From Octopus bimaculoides (lineage: Eukaryota): a stretch of 44,305 nt of DNA. Numbering within the stretch: the first letter of the stretch is position 1; the number at the start of each line of letters is the position of its first letter. Under the pieces are notes generated by a model. It ran no database searches. It was not told where the DNA came from and saw only the letters and a list, made by a program, of their open reading frames with translations. Location of the stretch: positions 56,349,179 through 56,393,483 of the forward strand of contig NC_068987.1 of NCBI RefSeq assembly GCF_001194135.2. The letters run 5' to 3'. Position numbers and translations under genes: made by a program. Of this stretch, positions 11,757-24,268 are shown piece by piece.

Positions 11757-13663
11757 CTAGAGTTTTTGCTGTAGCCACCAAAGATCAAACTCACCTCACT
11801 GCTAAATATCATTGGCAAATAGAATTTTGGAGTTTTCTCCCTTGCCCTCATTTTCAAAAATAAATGCACTTTAACATTAATGACTTTTCTTCGTTAGTTA
11901 TAATTTAAACTCTATCATAATCACTTCCAACTTACTGCATTAACCCTTTGTCTATCAAAAGTGGATATATCCACTCAAAATTTCATTAATGCTAGTTGTG
12001 AAAAGCGAATTTACTATATGGCTTCGAAAAAAAAAAACTTCACCTTATGCTGGATGAAGCAGTAGCACTTTTTAGAGAAAACAATTTTTCAGCTATTTCA
12101 TGAAATATCTCTTTAGAAATCAAGAATCAAATACTTTAATGGTGGATATGAAATCTCTACCTACAGGAGATACCAAAAAAAGTATTGCAGAAGCAGAAAA
12201 TATCAGTTCAGATTCAACTTACAAAAAATGTGTGATTGAGTTAAACACAGATGAAGAGGTTCCAACCACTGCTGTTATTACTATTTCTTTAGTAATCCTG
12301 GCATTGTGAAAAGAACAGTTTTGTTCTGTTTATAGTAAATTCAAATTCTATTAGAATTGAAAGGCAATTCTGATAGAATTTGAACAAAACTAAATACTGT
12401 ATGGTGTTTAATATTATTATGCAGCATTTCTTTGGCAAATGGCACCTTTATTTCAAATAACAATAATTGCAGTCTGGCTTTACTTTATTAAGCTAAATAA
12501 GGATAATAATGATGTCCAATATTGGATCAAGGCCAAAATTGCTTGGAGAGAGAAGTAACCAATTATATCAACTTATATAAATATTCATTTCATCTGATTA
12601 GTAATCTAAAGGAAAAATTTTTTTCCAGTTGGATAATAACCACAAAATGATAATGATGATGCTTTTATCATTGTTTCAGATATGATGATGATAATAATGA
12701 TGATTCCTTTTTTAGCCTCAGTGTTGCTGTTTGTTTTAGAATGTAGCTGTTCAATAGATTATTACTACCACTTATTGCATAAAGAGAAGCTTTGACTAGC
12801 AAAAATCATTTTGGTTGCTTGAATAACATCTCCTTTCTATCTTTTACTGGCTGACTAGCAAAGATGACAGATGTTATTGAAAATTCTTCTTATAGTAGAA
12901 GTACACAAAAGAAAATTTTCAAAATATAACTTCAAACATGAAAAGCAAAAAGGAACCAGGCTGTAGCCAGTTTACTGGCAAAAAATAAAAATAATAATTT
13001 CAGAAAGGGAAACTATCAACAAATTTTCACAACTTATGGAAGAACAGACAATACTAAGAATAGTAATATTTCTTGCTAATTTTGGCACAAGGCCAGCAAT
13101 TCTAAGGAAGAGGTTAAGTCAATTACATTGACTCCTGTGTTCAAACAGTACTTACTTTACTGACCCCGAAAAGATGAACAGCAAAGTTGGCCCAGAGCAA
13201 AGAACTGGAAAATATGCCACTAAGTATTTTGCCCAGTGTACTAATTGATTCTGCCAGCTTGCCACCTTACTAAGAATAGTAATAATAAAGATGGTTAGGG
13301 TCACTTCACAGATTAAGTAACCTAGAATGAAATTTGGTAAATGGAAACTGTGCAGAAACTCTTGTGTGTGTCCCCATCCTTATTCTAATAGAAGGATTTA
13401 TTCTTTAACTAAAATTTATAAATTTCATAGGACATGGCACTTGATTGAATCATCCCCAATGTATTTAGTACAGGAAGTTCATTAGGTGCCTTCTAATGAA
13501 TATAGTCTAACATTAATAGGAGTGGGTTTTCTTTTGAAAGTCATCATTTTAAATTTTCAACATGATTTGTTGTATCATTGTAAATAGGATTTTAGCCAAA
13601 TATTTTTGTAATACTTTACTTCACCATTTTGAAAATAACGTTCTGTGGTGCAAGAAGATTTAA

Positions 13664-13882
13664 CCCTTTTCATAACATATTTCTAATGAAATATACTGTC
13701 TTCATTTCAATTAAATTATGAAAATAACGAAGAGTTTAGTAAAAGTAACTTTCTCATTATTAAGCTGTTGTTTGGAACATAAACATGAAGTTTTGATGGA
13801 AGGTTTTAATTCAGATCACTTTAAAACAGGAAGTTTCTATCACAAAACCAGAGAGGTTTCACACAGGGTGGTATCAAAAGGG
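13664..13882. mobile_element. piggyBac-like MITE (TTAA target), family A
   Basis: TTAA|cccttt...aaaggg|TTAA. A related degenerate copy ends at 41702. Confidence 0.7.
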
Positions 13883-16815
13883 TTAACTTTAATTTAGGAC
13901 AATTCAAATGGCAGTAACATGACTAGAAAACACTATTCTTAGATTTTAGTTACTAAACTACAACCATGTTAAGACACCACCTTCAAAGGTTTAGGTGATA
14001 AGATTGCCCCTGCTACTTATTTGAATTTAGTGCATATTTTATCTTTCTGTATAATAGGGAAACATGGAAAATGACAATAAAGGTGGCTAAAAGAACTACA
14101 CATTTCCCACCAATAATGGTAGTAAAGAAACCAAAGAGCTGCACACATCCCATCAATAATGCCTACAGATCTTCAAAGTGACATAGGTAGGCAGAATCAG
14201 AACTGAAAAAAATTCTCCTGCAAAATAAATTCCAGCAGCTGTAAAACAGGTGCTGTGTTGTTTTCATCTTGTAGGTCATATCCTGTACTTGTCAGCCACT
14301 CAGCATGCAAACACGGCAATGATATAAACACCAGGAGAAGGAAAATTTTAAAAAAACAAAAAGGGTTGGTGCAATATCATCTGGTGTCAAAACATTCCAG
14401 GGAGACCCTGAACATACAAGGAAAGCTGGACAGGAGTGGAGAAAACTACAGTAGATCAGCCATGCTGGTAGAAGTTTGGTGCCCTATGCATCTCACAGCA
14501 TAGGAAGATATAAGGTTAAATATTGGTTGAACCATTAATTATGGGGCAGAAAAAGGATGGAAACATACATATCACACATAAAAAAAAGTTTCTGCACAAT
14601 TTCCATCCAGAAGCTATAGGTCAATTCAACACTAGAGTAGTGGACACATGCTATACACACAGAATTGTAGGATTGAACCACTGCCACTGAATTGGCAATA
14701 CATTTTCCATTTCTTTTTAGAAAAAAAGATTTTTTGTATTTTCATCAGCAAATTGTAAAACAAATAAATATCTTTTTATTATTTCTATTAATAGCAAAAA
14801 ATTTCATTTAAGAAAGAAAAATAACTTTGCACTTGTTACATGATTTTTTTTTTAAATAATTGATCTGGGAAATACTGTTTGACTTCTAAACAATATGAGA
14901 GACTACATGTTTATATTAAGCTAACTGTAAGCACAGACACATACCACTGTGGAAGAAAAAAAACAAACTCAAAAATAGGTAGCCACCAAATTCCACTTTT
15001 GATTCTGAACTCTTGGTAAAAACAAGAGGAGTAAGTATATTAATTAGGGGATAATGAAGGATGGAGTTCTTAAGGTTTGTTGAAGTTTCAATAGCTTTCA
15101 GTTGGAAAATAAATAACGTTTCAGCCAGCTGGAAATGTTAATCATAAAACTCTAACACTGAGATTAATTAGAAACTTTCAGAGATTCAGTCTGAAAATTA
15201 GACTAAATTAACGTTAGATTAAAAGAATTAACAGTAGATTATTAACAGAAACAATCAAATCAATTAGTCCAAATAAATATTTATCTCATTAAAGTTTGAT
15301 AAACAAAATAATACGCAAATTGCTGCATTTTAATCATCCATGAATGATTAGTTCCACTTAAGGATATAAGAAAACGAGTCAGAAATTTGAAACAGAGCAG
15401 CATTCTTCCACTCTGCATAGAACTTATTCCAATCCAAATACTTGTCTCTGACAGAAAAATTGTAACACCTTAATATTTTATACCACAAATTTTTCAACTT
15501 GATGACAACTGTTTAGAAGACAGTCAAGCTAGGTTTAATAACACTAAAGTTAAGATAGCAACATCTATCAGCTAGAGCAAACAATACTTTAACATTTTTA
15601 AAAGTTCATAGTTTATCAAATTGTAAATAATCAGCTGAAGTGTTGATAGGTCATGTTCAGTTGCCAAAACATTGCTATATTGCAGCTACTCTTAGTTAAT
15701 AAATATTATAGGTAAATATATACTTACTTTAATATCTGTTATAGTATATGTACTTTAACAGATATCGGAAGTAGCTCTTCTCAGTGAGCAGTAATAACAG
15801 TAATTAATGAGTGTTTTATAATTGGTGGTGCTGAATTCAAGTTTCTCTACAAGTAATAAGAAGTCAATCTAATCCTCAAGGTTTAGAACTGTATCTACAA
15901 GTTCCATTGATCAGTCATGCTATTAGATCTAATTGTTAGCTATAGATAATAACTAGAAAAAAAATGTATATTACATATGAAATTCAACATAAGGCATCCA
16001 ACATCAGTGGATATTTTACTAAACTAGGAAGGATTCTATGATACATTAACAACAGCCTCAAAAAACACCACTGTGTTGAGATAAGACTCAGTAATTATGA
16101 TGCTGACCAAATCCACATTGCTTGCCTCTGTATGGCCACCACCAAAATCTGCATGTGTACAGAAATGAATTAGACACTGTGCTTCATATCCAGATTGTCA
16201 CACTGTATTCCATGCAATTCATCACTGCAGGCTGGAGCAGTTAACATAGTTCTAAGTTAGGTACAATTTAAGCAATAGATATGTGGGACGTATCTACTTG
16301 TTCAGCCAGCAGTGTGTTATAGATTGGCTCAGTCATGGGGCTAAGGACAACAATGCAACTCCATAAAAGCTGAACCTGTTCATTTCTTAAATATATTAAA
16401 TTCTAGTATTTTGTAGGCTATTTCAGAATTTTGTCAAACATCACTGGCATGCAGATACTAAATTATAAATATCTATTATCATTGGCACTGCTATAATTAC
16501 ACTAATAAAACTATAACTTTCCAATATTTTTAAAGTGTATTAACCATACTGTCCTAATGCAGTTGTCTCCTCACTATTCATTTCCATTGTTCATATGCAT
16601 ACACATGCACACATGCACACACACACACACACACACAGTTAGAATAGAGGCAGCTGACGAAGGATTAATTCCAAGTGGCTATCTGTTTTCGTATGTGTTC
16701 GTTCTGTTGTCTGTAGTTCATTGTTCTAACGTCCTGTACCCTGATATGCATCTATATACACATGTAGATGTAAGTATGTACATATATGTGTGTATACATG
16801 CATATATATACTTTG

Positions 16816-16856
<41 letters not shown>

Positions 16857-16859
<3 letters not shown>

Positions 16860-17479
16860 CTTCTCCTCTACTTATGACCTATGCAACTTGAGACCATCTG
16901 CACTTATGACCACAGTAAATAAATAAAGAAATAAATAATCGATTTTCAGACATGGGGCAGCTGCGTGTATGATAACTATGGCAGCATCTGGTAATGCAGG
17001 CCTCCTGCAGACCCAGGCATCCACTGCCTGCCACTGTCTTTCCCTCAGTCACTTTCAAACATCAGTTGCATGTGGATTTGTAGCAATTATATCTGAAATA
17101 ACACTAAAATGACCTGTAAAAGGAAAATGCTTTCATCTACAGAGGCACCAGCTAAGAAGTCAAAGAAGACTATTAATTTAGACTGTAAAATGCAGATTAT
17201 CTAGCAGTTTGAAGGCGGAAAGAAGGTGAATATAATTAGAAAAGACAATCTAGAATTAGAATGTGAAATACAAGATGTAGAGTAGTAGCTTATAAGACAA
17301 AAGAACTTTCAGATGAAGAGTATTTTTCACATTATGTACAATAATTATAGATTAAATTTCTGTTTTATATTTTTATAATCCATTTGAATGTAGTGTTGAA
17401 AAATATAAATCTGACATACGACCAGATTGACCTATGACCTGCCAGTCAGAATGGAACTCAGTCATAAGTGAAGAAGGTG
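16857..17479 (+). mobile_element. pogo/Tigger-like non-autonomous element
   Basis: Imperfect TIRs caccttctcctctacttatgac and gtcataagtgaagaaggtg followed by TA. From 17109 it translates as MTCKRK...PAKKSKKTINLDCKMQII*QFEGGKKVNII, like the Tigger/CENP-B N-terminal HTH. Confidence 0.6.
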
Positions 17480-17528
17480 TATTATGTATGTATGTGTGTA
17501 TATACATACATATGTCTATGTCTGTGTG

Positions 17529-18108
17529 TAATTGTTAAAGAGGACAATGAACTTTAAGGCAAGGCAAAACATCTCATGCCATACACATTATTATTGTTGG
17601 AAAAAAATTCAAAGTCTTACAGCTGTTTCTGGGATATCCCCGAGTATGGGATAGTCCATCATCAGAGACAAATAGGGAAAATGAGAAGGGTATAAATTAA
17701 TGAAATGACAACATAGAGGACAGGCGTAAAAGAATAAGGTGATGAAGAAAAAGAAGCATAAAAGCTCACAGTTCAACTTTCCAATCATGTAGAAGTCAGT
17801 CCGTAAGTCCTTAGGTGCAATCCTGCGTAAATTCATTTATTTATTTTTCATGGTCAGGATTTTGACCTACATGGATTTATGCATGGATTGCACCTAAGGA
17901 CTTATAGACTGACTTCTACATGATCGGAAAGTTGAACTGTGAGCTTCTCATTAATCTATATCCTTCTCATTTTCCCTATTTGTCTCTGATGATGGAATAT
18001 CTCAGAAGCAGCTGTAAGACTTTGAATTTTTTCCCAATAATAATAATAATGTATATGATTTGAGATATTTGCCTTGCCTTAATGTTTGTTGTCCCCTTCA
18101 ACAATTAT
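17529..18108. repeat. Fold-back element: long inverted repeat with a ~34-bp spacer
   Basis: 17529-17836 is the reverse complement of 17871-18108 over about 235 aligned bases with scattered mismatches. The left arm has two extra segments of about 16 and 58 bp. Confidence 0.9.
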
Positions 18109-18322
18109 ATATCCACTATATCAGAAAACTACAATGGCTCCATAACTACTGTCTCGGCTATAACCTTGGAGCCCTAGTAATCCATTACAGCACTTATCTA
18201 GCATACCTAGTTGTTTAGATTATCCGTGAACTAAACACCCATATTTTATATATATATTTATATATATCTCCATACATACATGCACATAATATATACATAT
18301 ATATGTGGATACATACATGTGA

Positions 18323-18367
<45 letters not shown>

Positions 18368-19278
18368 TATGTAGATGTGTGTGTGTATATATGTATACAT
18401 GCATGTATATATTGTATCTATGTATGTATGGGTAAATGAGAGGTGTAACTGATAAGGATTACAGTGACAAATTAAGGGGAAAATGCTGCAGATTACAGTA
18501 ATTTTTCATTTATAGTAGTAAACAAAGCTATTAAAGTCTATAAGCATTTTGGGCCAACCCTAGCAGCTTACTTCAAGCAACTAAATTACTATGACCAACC
18601 CTATTCTGATCCAACTTAATCCCTTTCCACCCTGCCAAGTCTCTACTTGACTTAAATTTCAAACAGGCTCCAGCTTAACTGAGCACCTTGATTTGCCAAC
18701 CCTCCAGCAGATATAGAATGTTAACAGCCCTACCAATGTAGGAAAGGAGTCAAAACAAACAAATGAAAAATGATAAAGAAACTAGTAGTGTACAGAATGA
18801 CCAGTAGCTTGGAGAGTGAGCAGTGTTTTAAATGTAGTTGAGGGATTGACAAACAGAATAAAGAAATCAAAGAAAGTACCATAGAGTTACGTTTTATTGT
18901 ACAGATATATATATATATATATACATTTATATATATATATATATATACATTTATATATATATATATATTATGATTTCTTAATGAGATGGTTGAATGTGGG
19001 ATAACAATGAATGTGGTTTGATTGATCACTGTCATTGGAGTAAGTAATCAGAAACAGTTCTGTTGTGCTTTGTTATTCTTCAAATGTGTCTGTAAACCAA
19101 CTCAACTGTAGCCAAACTAATCAGATATTTACAGAAACACAAGTATTTTATTACCAATGATTGATGATGATGATGATGATGATGATAACAGAGATGAGCA
19201 TGTATTAGATCAGGATTAAGATGACTACAGTGAGTATAAACTAAAGTGTTACAAAACAACTTTGGCTGGCTAACTCTG

Positions 19279-19326
19279 TTAACTGTTTGACCAACGGCTT
19301 TCCTCTGCCAGTATCCTTGGTTGTAA
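19279..19326 (-). CDS. ASPP: ASPP-family gene, terminal coding exon (LQPRILAEESRWSNS*), absent from the ORF track
   Basis: A strong acceptor ttgttttttttcag| is followed in phase 0 by LQPRI, matching human LYPRIKPRQRSLA*. TAA at 19281-19279. I saw no better LYPR-type acceptor in the intron. Confidence 0.75.
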   Translation of the reverse strand, partial: LQPRILAEESRWSNS

Positions 19327-19465
19327 CTGAAAAAAAACAAATAAGATGGAATGAGTGGTCCATATAGCTATATAAATTCACATATACATAAATAAATACA
19401 AACGCAAATAGCTAATTAGGTAGATAACCAGAAATGTATACATTACTAAAATACCTACGTACATA

Positions 19466-19870
19466 GGCGCAGGAGTGGCTGTGTGGTAAGTAGCTTGCTT
19501 ACCAACCACATGGTTCTGGGTTCATTCCCACTGCGTGGCACCTTGGGCAAGTGTCTTCTACTATAGCCTCGAGCTGACCAAAGCCTTGTGAGTGGATTTG
19601 GTAGACGGAAACTTAAAGAAGCCTGTCGTATATATGTATATATATATATATGTGTGTGTGTATATGTTTGTGTGTCTGTGTTTGTCCCCCCAACATCGCT
19701 TGACAACCGATGCTGGTCTGTTTACGTCCCCGTAACTTAGCGGTTCGGCAAAAGAGACCGATAGAATAAGTACTAGGTTTCCAAAGAATAAGTCATGGGG
19801 TCGATTTGCTCGACTAAAGGCGGTGCTCCAGCATGGCCACAGTCAAATGACTGAAACAAGTAAGAGAGTA
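19466..19870 (+). mobile_element. tRNA-headed SINE family 1, full-length young copy
   Basis: ggcgcaggagtggctgtgtggtaag...gggttcattcccact...caccttgggcaag..., internal (TA)/(TG) tract, and 3' end ...gactgaaacaagtaagag. Near-identical to the copies at 25910, 27614 and 9581. Confidence 0.85.
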
Positions 19871-20690
19871 CAGAAATGTGTACACATGAATGCAAATACA
19901 ATGTATAGCTAGCTAGACAGATGAAAATAAGCATTATATCATGATCCTTTTAACATCGACTTTGCCATGCTAGCATGGGTTGGACAGCGTTTATTGATAG
20001 ATTTTCTACAGCCAGATACCCTTCCTGTCATCAACTGTCAACTGTTTCCAAATAAGGAATGGTAGGATATGATATTACAGAACACAAGGAATGAATGACA
20101 CCACTTGTATGATAGTGACACTCATTTACAGCTATCACAGTAAGTGAAGACAAAGAAACACATATACACACGGCAGGTTTCTTTCAGTTTCTACCTACCA
20201 AATTCACTCACAATGGTTTCGTCAGCTTGAGGCTATAGCAAAAGACACTCATTCAAAATACCATGCAGTGGAACTGAACCCAAAACCACCTGGTTTGGAA
20301 GTAAATTTCTTAACCACACAGACATACAAGTGCTCATAGAGTGTATACTCAAAACTACATAGATACAAATATACAGACATAACTGGATAGAGGAACAGAT
20401 TTACCACAAAAGCATACACAAAATTATAGTTAAAACAACAAAATATCACATACATACTGAAACAAAGGTTATAAAGACAAGATATTGCTGACCACAGTTA
20501 CTGTGTTCTGTCTTTAGGGAAGTTAAATAACTATGTGTCATTTCACAGTTAAATAGCAAGAAGGGTATCCAAGAAAAAAAAAAAAAATGCAAACAATTCT
20601 TACAACAGCAAAAACAAAACTAAATCAACTATGCCAGGTTAGAGGCTCAAATAATTAAAAAAATAAACAGTAGACATTTCTATGATTTCA

Positions 20691-20872
20691 TCCTTTAGCA
20701 TTCAGATTACTTTGTCAAATGTAATATTTATCTATTCATACATTCATACATTGATTTGAATTAATCATATTAATCTCATGGGATAGGTGTGAGAGGCCAG
20801 ATCTGACTGGTCTGAACATAAAACAGGTAGAACATTTGGGGGCAGGACATGGCCAATTTAAATGCTAATTGG
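20691..20872. mobile_element. piggyBac-like MITE family B copy
   Basis: tcctttagcattcagatta...ggccaatttaaatgctaattgg|TTAA, matching 41745-41962 with an internal deletion. Confidence 0.6.
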
Positions 20873-20962
20873 TTAAACTTGTGCCTTAGTCATGGGGATA
20901 GTCAAAAGAAAAACACACCATTTTAGCCAACAGAATATAAGAAAGAATATTATTTATATATA

Positions 20963-22204
20963 CAGGGTGTGTAAGGTATTTGAGGACATATGTTAATTTT
21001 ACTAGAGTAGCATATTTATCAACTTGATATTTTCTATATTTCAGAATTATCAATGGCAGACCCTATGATTACACAAGAAATGAAGAGGCATGCAGTCATC
21101 ATGGCTATAAAGGCTGAACATAGCAATTTAGAAACAGCACGATTTTTAAAAGTTGTTAGATCCTTCATCTACAAAATTTGCAAGGAGTTAGAGGCTAAAG
21201 ACAGAAATGTATCACCAGTATCACAACATAAGAAACATTGTAGATGCACTGATACTATTAGAACACCAGAATTTATTCAACAAGTAAAGCAGACCATTGA
21301 TGACAATCCCAGAAGATCCACGAGGTTAATTGCAAAAGAACACCATGTATCAGAAAAAATAATCTGAAATGTTATCCACAAAGACATCAGATACAAATCT
21401 TATGCAATGAGAAAAGGTTCTTTCATGTCAGAAACAGTGAAGGAAAATCACTTAATCAGATCTAAAAGACTCCTGAACAAACTTAAAAACCCAGCAGAGA
21501 AAGATGTCATTTGGATCTTCTCAGACAAGAAAAACTTTGATCAAGATCAGAAAGTAAACAGAAGAAATAATAGATGGCTATGTACAGACCCTTTGGAATT
21601 TCCAAGAGTAATGCATACAAAATTTCCTGAAACTGTCATGCTTTTCGGGGCTGTGAAGGACATGTGATGCCTCCTCACTTCTTTCCACAAGGTCTTCAAA
21701 GTAAACTCTGCTGCCTACATAGATGTTCTAAATACAGAGGTTAAGCCATGGATCGATAATGTACGCAATGAAAGACTATGTGTTTCAACAAGACTCGGCA
21801 TCATCACACAAGGCTACAACACAGGAATGGATGGCAGAAAATTTTCATGACCACATAACCCCCAACATTTGGCCTCCTAGCTCCCCAGATCTCAATCCAT
21901 TGGACTACTATGTATGGAGTGTAGTTGAGAAAGAGGTTAATGAGCACCCTCATAACACCAAAGAATCCATAGTCAGAGCAATGTCCAATTTGAATATAGA
22001 CCACTTGATCCTAGCATGTAGGCAATTCAGACCTTACATAGAAACTGTTATTGAAGCTGAAGGAGACTTTATTGAATAAAATGATGAAACAATATGTTTA
22101 CTCTTATCCTCAACACCTTTTCCAGTAAAAAGGCATTATTGTCTGTTTCTAAGAGTCATTTTTGTGTAAGTATATAACTGTCTTCAAATACCTTATGCAC
22201 CCTG
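20963..22204 (+). mobile_element. Near full-length, inactivated Tc1/mariner-superfamily transposon, DD37D (maT)-like, in the last ASPP intron
   Basis: 26-bp TIRs cagggtgtgtaaggtatttgaggaca and tgtcttcaaataccttatgcaccctg (3 mismatches), with TA on the left and a degenerate TG on the right. The transposase is broken into ORFs 21053-21367, 21407-21667 and 21759-22079, with motifs WIFSDKKNF, FQQDSA and WPPSSPDLNPLDY (36 residues between the second and third D here). Confidence 0.88.
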
Positions 22205-22206
22205 TG

Positions 22207-22238
<32 letters not shown>

Positions 22239-22612
22239 TCTTTTATCTTTTATTTGCTTCAGTCATTGGACTGCAGCCATGCTGGGGCATTGCCTTGAAG
22301 GTTTTAGTCAAACAAATCAACCTCTGTACTTACTTTTAAGCCAGGTACTTATTCTGCCAGTCTGTTGAACCCCTAAAGTTATGAGGAACATAAATAAACC
22401 AACAGTGGCTGTCAACTAGTGGTGAAGGACCAACACATACACATGCACATACATGATGGACTTCTTTAAATTTTTCGCTACCAAATTCACTCACAAGCCT
22501 TTGGTTGGCCCAAAGCTTTAATAGAAGATACTTGCCTAAAATGCAACACTGTGGGATTGAACTGAGAACCATGTGGTTGGGAAGCAAACTACTTATCACA
22601 CAGCCATCCCAG
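22239..22612 (-). mobile_element. SINE family 1, diverged copy
   Basis: Reverse complement of the family consensus, lying between the mariner element and the SH3 exon. Confidence 0.75.
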
Positions 22613-22688
22613 CATTATATGTACCTAACAGAATGAAAATCGAGATAAGTTGTGTCATTAAAAGAAATGAAAACTGCAGAGTACTTAC

Positions 22689-22888
22689 TCCTAACATGTT
22701 TCTAGCAACATAGCCTTCACGATTTTTAATACGAGACCACCACCATTCTTTCTCATTCTCATCTCCCTTGCGTAGGACAGTTATCTCTTCACCTATCTTG
22801 AAGGTGAGTTCATCAGAATTCTGGGCTTCATATGCAAATATTGCAAACACTTTACCATTATTGGCAATTCCAAGTTTTTCTTGCACAC
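22689..22888 (-). CDS. ASPP: ASPP-family gene, SH3-domain exon
   Basis: VQEKLGIANNGKVFAIFAYEAQNSDELTFKIGEEITVLRKGDENEKEWWWSRIKNREGYVARNMLG. Acceptor ttttccttttag| (phase 1) and donor |GTAAGT (phase 0). Confidence 0.93.
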
Positions 22889-23004
22889 CTAAAAGGAAAA
22901 AAAAAAAAAAACAAGCAGGTAGTTTAGTTAATAATTGGTAAAAACTGCCCTTTTTTTTTTAACTAAAGATAAAGCAGAAATGATGTTCAGCTTGGGTCAA
23001 CATA

Positions 23005-23221
23005 CAAGAAGGTACTGAAAAGTTCCTGAGCTTGAGGGTATCATGAAAGGCCTGGTTGGAGGCCCAAACCTCCAAGTTTTTTCACAGGGCTTAGAAAAAC
23101 TGAAGGACTGCTGCAATAGGTGTATGAATCTGAGAGGGGAATATGTTGTATAAAATCATAATTAGCTGATCCTCCTGTATTTTCTTTTACTGAAAGCCAG
23201 GAACTTTTCAGCATCCCCTCA
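23005..23221 (+). mobile_element. Mariner-derived MITE, second copy, retaining the transposase C-terminus
   Basis: TA-flanked TIRs. The interior translates as GLEKLKDCCNRCMNLRGEYVV*, resembling the mariner C-terminal G.EKL..RW.KC..L.G.YVE. Confidence 0.75.
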
Positions 23222-24268
23222 TACATCAGATGTGGGTTATGGCAGAGAGGATCTATGACTATAAAAGCTGTGATGTGTAGAGTTGCCAATACATTCTGTT
23301 GGTGAAATCTGATGTATAGAATTATTGAAACTGCTATTGTAAAATCTGAGGTGTATAAAATTACTGATGTCTTTAGCTGTTAAACCAAATGTGTAACATT
23401 GTACACAACCTTGAATGGTGTATAGACTGAAATATCACTTCACCAAGCAGTAGATATAGTACTCTTACTGGGGAAAAAGGTATTGGTAATGTCTTGCTGC
23501 TCTGAGAAACCAGATTCTATATCTCACACATCCAAGAACAGACAGAACTATCACAGTTAATTACCAACTCTGGGAAAGTCAATATCATAGAAACATTGAA
23601 CTGTTACAGATTTAGCCACAAAAATATAATATTCAATATTTAAAAATAATATACAATAATTGTCAATATTCATTTCGGTAAAATATGTATCTGACTGTCT
23701 TTGTTGTTGTAGTCACCTTTACAGTATCAATCTTTGTCACATTTAGCATTGTAGTGTGGTTGACCTATAATTTGAAGAAAACTGCTTTATTCTACTTAAA
23801 ACTTTTTACTGATAGTTTATTTGGGACAAAACTAGTACCATTCTTCATCACAACTTTTCTTGTATGTCTTAAGGGAAAATATGGTTAAATATTTTAGATT
23901 TTTTAGAAGGCAATTTAATAAATGTAGGCCTTTAAATGCTAAGCTATTGCAATATATGCTTCTAAAATTTGTGTGAAGACAGCAAAGCTTTCTTGTATAA
24001 TAATCCATGGAGAAAGCCCTTCAAGAATCTACACACACACACACCGGTGTGTGTGTGTGTGTACCAAATTTTCTTTCTAATTTTCCAGAAATAGAATTAA
24101 CTTCCAATAATACAGCATTTATTGCCATTCTGGGATAAAATTATCTAAGTATTCAATTTGATATATTTTACATGACAGTCATTAATCTGTGGAAAAAAAA
24201 TCAGTAACAAACAGTTAAATAAAGCAGCTGTTTAAATAAATAAAATAATATTAAAGTGAATAACTTAC

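Noticed and set aside
12100-12309. 69-aa ORF as an exon of a third gene
   Set aside because: No recognisable domain and no partner exons or convincing donor. It cannot be fully excluded without RNA data.
19466-19540. tRNA genes at SINE 5' ends
   Set aside because: They have A/B-box-like heads but no complete cloverleaf, and they continue into SINE bodies present in many copies.
20249-20455. LYP-containing ORF as an alternative ASPP terminal exon
   Set aside because: There is no AG acceptor directly before LYP, and the surrounding sequence is simple-repeat or SINE-derived.
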